From the IMG/VR virus record IMGVR_UViG_3300035684_000004, positions 1 through 62,152 of that record: a DNA stretch of 62,152 nucleotides; one strand, written 5' to 3'. Source of the stretch: a virus. Both the position numbers and the translations under genes were made by a program. Of this stretch, positions 58,327-62,152 are shown piece by piece; the stretch's first letter is position 1, and each line of letters opens with the position of its first letter. The notes below the pieces were generated by a model. It did no database searches, had not been told where the DNA came from, and saw only the letters and a list, made by a program, of their open reading frames with translations.

Positions 58327-58331
58327 GCCCC

Positions 58332-58517
58332 TCACGGCCGGACGCCCGTCGTCTCGTCGAACGGCACCGGCTTCCCGTCGACCACCGCGACGTGCTCGTC
58401 GTGCTCGCCCGACACCACGCACACCGCGTGCACCACGCCCTCGATGCCGGCCAGCAGCGTCGGGAGCGACCACCCACAGATCGGCGGCACCTCCCGCGCC
58501 GCGCCGCCCGTCCGCAC
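58332..58517 (-). CDS. Coding segment, frame A (61 aa as given in the ORF track)
   Basis: Third-position GC is high by eye, but no convincing RBS precedes it. It may be the C-terminal part of a frame-shifted gene. Confidence 0.4.
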   Translation of the reverse strand: MRTGGAAREVPPICGWSLPTLLAGIEGVVHAVCVVSGEHDEHVAVVDGKPVPFDETTGVRP

Positions 58518-58527
58518 GTCCGCGAGC

Positions 58528-58716
58528 GTCCACGAACGTCGGCTCGCCCGTCTCCCCGCTCACGTCCGGACCCACGTCGTCGTACACGTCGTCATCGTCG
58601 AGGATCGGGTCCCGCTCCTGCCCCCTGGACCGCAGGTACGCCCACAGCGCCGCGTCACGCTTCCGCGCCCGCTCCGCCAGCTCCTCGTCCTCGAACCGCT
58701 CCTGGAGCTGCGCCAT
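58528..58716 (-). CDS. Coding segment, frame B (MAQLQERFEDEELAERARKRDAALWAYL...); 3' limit approximate
   Basis: ATG 58716 with GGAG 8 nt upstream. This frame has no stop until 58057, yet its third-position GC collapses after ~58535. Confidence 0.4.
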
Positions 58717-58949
58717 CCGCGCCGCTCCGGGGGCTCGCTCACGCTTTCGTACGTGACGGCCCTCTCGGACGGCACGCCCAGCATCCGCAGCGGCGCCGAC
58801 ACCATCAGCCAGCCGCCCGCCGGCACGTGTACCGGCGGATCCAGCCGCCCGTCTTCCGTGACCCGCGCAACGTCCCCCGTGCGCTCCAACTGCGCGTCGT
58901 ACCCCGCCGCCATCGACCCCGGCAGGGGCCACCTCACTACCTCGTCCAT
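58560..58949 (-). CDS. Hypothetical protein, frame A (credible to ~58720, then an Arg/Ser-rich tail)
   Basis: ATG 58949 with CAGCGGAGG upstream. MDEVVRWPLPGSMAAGYDAQLERTGDV... Confidence 0.5.
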   Translation of the reverse strand: MDEVVRWPLPGSMAAGYDAQLERTGDVARVTEDGRLDPPVHVPAGGWLMVSAPLRMLGVPSERAVTYESVSEPPERRGWRSSRSGSRTRSWRSGRGSVTRRCGRTCGPGGRSGTRSSTMTTCTTTWVRT

Positions 58950-59350
58950 GCACGCCTCCGCTGCGCTCTCCGCCGACGCTGCTGCGCCCGCGTCTCCCTC
59001 ACGATGTCCACCGGCGACTCCCACACCGAATCCGCCGCGTACTCCCCCCGATGCGGCCGCGTCGGCCGCACCACCAACCGGTACGCCGACTCCTCCTTCA
59101 CCATCACACCCGGCGGCGGCAACGCCCCCTGCTCGAAGTCCTCGACCGCACGCTCCGTCGTTCGCCGCGTGAAGGTGGCCGGCACATGCCCGCAGTCCGT
59201 GACCGTCGCCTCTTCCCGGGCCCAGGCCAGGAACTCGGCCTCGTCCTTCACAAACGCGTACCGCCGCGGAGGCGCGACCTTGCAGACGCCGACGGTGCCG
59301 GGCGGCAGGTCGACGTCGTCCGGCCACCGCACCAACAGCAGCAGGCTCAC
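58937..59350 (-). CDS. Hypothetical protein (137 aa)
   Basis: GTG 59350 overlaps the J-domain gene stop (GTGA). Confidence 0.55.
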   Translation of the reverse strand: MSLLLLVRWPDDVDLPPGTVGVCKVAPPRRYAFVKDEAEFLAWAREEATVTDCGHVPATFTRRTTERAVEDFEQGALPPPGVMVKEESAYRLVVRPTRPHRGEYAADSVWESPVDIVRETRAQQRRRRAQRRRAWTR

Positions 59351-59994
59351 GAGACGCCCAGGACGTCGAGCGCCTCGCTCAGCCGCTGGAACTCCTCGTC
59401 CGACCCGCCCGTGTCCGGGTGCGCCGCACGCCTGGCCCTCACCAGGATCGGCTTCCGCAGCTCGTTCTCCGACATCACCGCCGCCCGGTTCATCGGCGCC
59501 TGCACCGTCATCCCCGCCAGCCGCAGAACCGTGGTGATGGCGTCCTCGCGAGACATCCGCGTGTCCACCGGCGCCGGCGACGACCCGGCCGGGAGCGCCT
59601 TCCACCCGGTGTACTGCTCACCGCGCTTCGTGACGCCGTACCGGTCCACCGCCCGCAGCGCCTGCAACGACAACGCGAGCGCCCGCACGTTCGCCTGCCA
59701 CCCGTCGTACGCGTCGGTCTGGTAGATCAGCGGCCCGTGCCTCGACTCGAACGCCAACCGAACGCCGGGGTGCTGCGGCTCCCGCGCGTTCGCCCGCGGC
59801 CACCCGTCCAGCCGGATCTCCGACGTGCTCAGCCCGACCTCGATGACGATGTCCCGCGCGCCAAGCAGCTCCAACTCCTTGGTCAGCAGCTCGAGCGTGT
59901 CCGTCCAGCCCACCCGGAACGTGTACCGCGACCGCCGGTCTTTCGCCGGCGTCGACGGCCCCTGCCACGTCAGGGGGTGGAACCGCACGTCCAT
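59347..59994 (-). CDS. J-domain (DnaJ-like) protein
   Basis: 215 aa from ATG 59994 (ATGA overlap). C-terminal ILVRARRAAHPDTGGSDEEFQRLSEALDVLG carries the HPD motif. Confidence 0.75.
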   Translation of the reverse strand: MDVRFHPLTWQGPSTPAKDRRSRYTFRVGWTDTLELLTKELELLGARDIVIEVGLSTSEIRLDGWPRANAREPQHPGVRLAFESRHGPLIYQTDAYDGWQANVRALALSLQALRAVDRYGVTKRGEQYTGWKALPAGSSPAPVDTRMSREDAITTVLRLAGMTVQAPMNRAAVMSENELRKPILVRARRAAHPDTGGSDEEFQRLSEALDVLGVS

Positions 59995-60359
59995 CAGGCA
60001 CCGCCGAGGGGGTTCGTGACGGGCTCCACCACACGCCCGTCCGCCAACGGCACCCGGCCACCCGCGTGGACGTCGCACCGCCCCGACCGGTACGGCTTCG
60101 ACCCGCGCATCGACTCGTGCGTCACCACCGCCGGCTGCCGGCACGCCGTCGTCTTCCACGCGCCGTGCCCGCCCCCGCCCTGGCTGCACGTCTCGCCCTC
60201 ACGGGCCGGCCGCCACGACGGCGGGGCCAGCTGGTAGCTGACCTCGATGTCCCGGACCCACCGGTCCGGGCCCACCAGCTCGAACTCGGACGGCTGCGGG
60301 ATCGCGGCGACGGCCGCGTCCGACATGACGGCCAGCGGGGCGTTCTGCTCGTTGCTCAC
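59994..60359 (-). CDS. Hypothetical protein (121 aa) with Cys/His cluster
   Basis: GTG 60359 with GGAGGA upstream, directly after the annealing-protein stop. Confidence 0.6.
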   Translation of the reverse strand: MSNEQNAPLAVMSDAAVAAIPQPSEFELVGPDRWVRDIEVSYQLAPPSWRPAREGETCSQGGGGHGAWKTTACRQPAVVTHESMRGSKPYRSGRCDVHAGGRVPLADGRVVEPVTNPLGGA

Positions 60360-60369
60360 GTCGTCCTCC

Positions 60370-61362
60370 TCAGGACTGCTCGTCGTCCGGACCGCCGGGC
60401 GCCTTCGCCGGCTTGGCAGCCGCCTCCAACGCCTGCAGCACCGACACCTGCTTGTGCTTGAAGTGCAACCCGATCCGCTCAATCACGTCGGGCAGCAGCA
60501 TCGGACCCGCGATCTGCAGCAGCGGCCCGGCCGGGCGGAGGTCGTCCACCGTGACGTGCTGCGGCGACAGGCCACGCGCACCTGTGAACAGGTTCAGCAG
60601 CGTCTCCCGGTCGTCCGCCGCGATCGCCTTGCTGAGCACCTCACGCCCCGCCGGCGTCAGCGGCTTCACGGCCCACGGGTCCTCGCCCTGCGCTGCCTGC
60701 CCGGCACGCTGCCGCTCGGCGCGGCCGGACGCCGGCACCTCGCGCCGCTCGTCGTCGTCCTGGCTCTGCCGGCTGAGCTCAGCCCGGGCCCGCTCGCTCT
60801 TCGACCACAGGTACGTGCCGACCCCGAGACGCATCGCGGCGTTCCGGATCGCGTCGCCGATCATCACCTTGACGTCGCGGGGCGCGCCGGTCTTCCCGTC
60901 GGCGTCGCCGAACCCGATCGCGGTGAACCCGGCCACGTGCAGCCGGATCCAGATCCCGCCGTTCTCGATCCGCGGCGGGGAGTGCTTCGCGAGCCAGTCG
61001 AGGATCACCGTCGGGTTGTCGGGCAGGCCCGTGTTGTTCAGGACGGCGGCCAGCGCGCGGTCGTCGATGTCCGGGTGCAGCGGCTCCCACGACCAGGTCG
61101 GGTCGACCTCGAGCAGCCGGGTCGTGACGCCGGCGTGCCCGACGTACGACAGGTGCGGCGCAGCGGCGCCCTGCAGGTGCCGGCCCCCGCACGTCGTGCA
61201 GTCGACCGGCTTCCCCTCCTTGGCCCACGGCTTCGGGAGGAGCTCGATCTCGTCCCGCCGGAACGGCTTGGTCAGCTTCTCGAACACCTGCCGCTGCTCG
61301 TCGGTCAGTCCCGACAGGTCGATGGCCTCGTACTCGAGGCCATCGGTGGGCGTGTCTGTCAA
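60370..61362 (-). CDS. Rad52/Sak-like single-strand annealing protein
   Basis: 330 aa from TTG 61362 (GGAGGAG 6 nt upstream). LSYVGHAGVTTRLLEVDP...GIWIRLHVAG...MIGDAIRNAAMRLGVGTYLW. Confidence 0.7.
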   Translation of the reverse strand: MTDTPTDGLEYEAIDLSGLTDEQRQVFEKLTKPFRRDEIELLPKPWAKEGKPVDCTTCGGRHLQGAAAPHLSYVGHAGVTTRLLEVDPTWSWEPLHPDIDDRALAAVLNNTGLPDNPTVILDWLAKHSPPRIENGGIWIRLHVAGFTAIGFGDADGKTGAPRDVKVMIGDAIRNAAMRLGVGTYLWSKSERARAELSRQSQDDDERREVPASGRAERQRAGQAAQGEDPWAVKPLTPAGREVLSKAIAADDRETLLNLFTGARGLSPQHVTVDDLRPAGPLLQIAGPMLLPDVIERIGLHFKHKQVSVLQALEAAAKPAKAPGGPDDEQS

Positions 61363-61536
61363 CGTGCTCTCCTCCGCTGAGAGTGGGTGGGGGTGGTACC
61401 AGTCCAATGGTAGTGGTACTAGTGGGCGTGGCGCCAGTGGTACGGCTAGTAGTGACCCGTGCGTGTCGCGCCCGCACCCACACGATCCGGACACCGGCCG
61501 CCGGTAGCGTCAGCCGCGCACACACCAGGAGGACTC

Positions 61537-61956
61537 GTGGCACGCGACTACCGCAAGCTCAGCAAGCGGGCGCTCCTGGAGCGCATCGCCCAACAACTCG
61601 ACGAACAGGGGAAGACCTTGAGCCAGCTCGACGACTCCGTCAGCAACTACCTCACCGCCGTCCGGACGGAGCTCGACGAGCTCCGCGCGAAGCTCGCGCA
61701 GGCCGTGGCCGACGACGCCAACGCCGCGGAGGTCCGCGCCGACGTGGAGGAGAACATCGCCCGCCTCGAGGCCGCGACCACCGAGCTGCAGGCCAACGAC
61801 CCGCCCGCCGAGCCCCCGGCCGACGGCGGCGAGACGGGCGGCGACGGCACCGACGGCGAGACCACGCCCGTCACCGACCCGGGCGCCGGCGCGGCCGGCA
61901 TCCCCTCCGGCGGCGAGCCCGGCGAGCCCGACCTCGGCGGCGGCAAGACGCTCTGA
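61537..61956 (+). CDS. Coiled-coil protein with acidic Gly/Pro tail (the only confident plus-strand gene)
   Basis: 139 aa from GTG 61537 (AGGAGGA upstream). Transcribed divergently from the annealing-protein operon. Confidence 0.6.
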   Translation: MARDYRKLSKRALLERIAQQLDEQGKTLSQLDDSVSNYLTAVRTELDELRAKLAQAVADDANAAEVRADVEENIARLEAATTELQANDPPAEPPADGGETGGDGTDGETTPVTDPGAGAAGIPSGGEPGEPDLGGGKTL

Positions 61957-61969
61957 CCCACCGCACGAC

Positions 61970-62003
61970 GAAGGGCCCGCAGCCACCAGGCTGCGGGCCC
62001 TTC
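61970..62003. terminator. Bidirectional 15-bp hairpin between convergent genes
   Basis: GAAGGGCCCGCAGCC-acca-GGCTGCGGGCCCTTC read directly. Confidence 0.8.
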
Positions 62004-62016
62004 CCGTTCCCCCGGG

Positions 62017-62152
62017 TCAGTCCTCCTTCGGCTTCTCCTTCACCGCCGGGAGCGCGTCCGCCGCGACCCACCCGTCGGGCGCCGGGCAGTACCACGTGTT
62101 CGGGTGCGCGTGGTCCGTGCACCACCGCTCGTGCTCGACGACCGGCTCCTCC
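62017..62152 (-). CDS. 3' part of the junction-spanning 48-aa ORF (see 1..88)
   Basis: Stop codon TGA at 62019..62017. In frame with ATG 88 once the repeat is collapsed. Confidence 0.5.
   Translation of the reverse strand, partial: EEPVVEHERWCTDHAHPNTWYCPAPDGWVAADALPAVKEKPKED
62076..62152. repeat. Terminal direct repeat, right copy
   Basis: Identical to 1..77. Confidence 0.97.

Noticed and set aside
58057-58953. The 298-aa ORF from the track taken as a single gene.
   Set aside because: Its N-terminal 79 aa and its middle (~58535..58330) show low third-position GC and Arg/Gly-rich junk. Only two separated segments of this frame look coding.

Overview
The window is a complete phage-type genome. 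Its first 77 nt are identical to its last 77 nt, so the unique length is about 62,075 bp, either circularly closed or terminally redundant. The DNA is visibly very GC-rich (not computed) and uses GGAGG-type ribosome-binding sites, which points to an actinobacterial host. All confident genes but one lie on the minus strand. The long plus-strand ORFs in the track are Arg/Pro/Gly-rich shadow frames.

Gene order, read in the direction of transcription (high to low coordinates):
- **61.4-31.9 kb, early/accessory region.** It contains a Rad52-like annealing protein, a J-domain protein, an HNH endonuclease, small winged-helix regulators, a RusA-like resolvase, a DUF488-like protein and a 561-aa ParB. 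It also has tRNA-Gly(UCC), a ParB-nuclease-domain protein next to a degenerate D12 methylase-like protein, and a DUF932 protein. An operon here encodes a membrane FtsK/TraB-like ATPase followed by a 10-bp repeat array and small membrane proteins.
- **31.9-23.7 kb, packaging and head.** The genes are TerS, a ribbon-helix-helix protein, a zinc-ribbon ORF, TerL, a Flp-pilin-like protein, portal, scaffold, a gpD-like decoration protein and a gpE-like major capsid protein.
- **22.8-17.1 kb, an unexpected cassette.** It holds an amidase endolysin, two paralogous SGNH-esterase proteins and a collagen-like fibre.
- **17.1-3.0 kb, connector and tail.** It runs from the connector, MuF-like and neck genes through the major tail protein, chaperone candidate and 1143-aa tape measure to the minor tail proteins.
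- **3.0-0.1 kb.** This stretch has holin-like membrane proteins and two HTH regulators.

No integrase, DNA polymerase, primase or helicase could be recognised by eye.

The most notable non-standard signals are:
- the conjugative-plasmid-like FtsK/TraB plus repeat-array module
- a ~0.7-kb ORF-free, hairpin-dense region at 57.4-58.1 kb
- two tRNA-like acceptor/T-arm minihelices placed as gene punctuation
- a 9-nt start-associated motif, CAGCGGAGG, in 14 exact copies
- a TGTGCC-N7-GGCACA dyad and promoter family
- several places where the coding signal changes frame

Protein-family calls rest on motifs read by eye, not on database searches.
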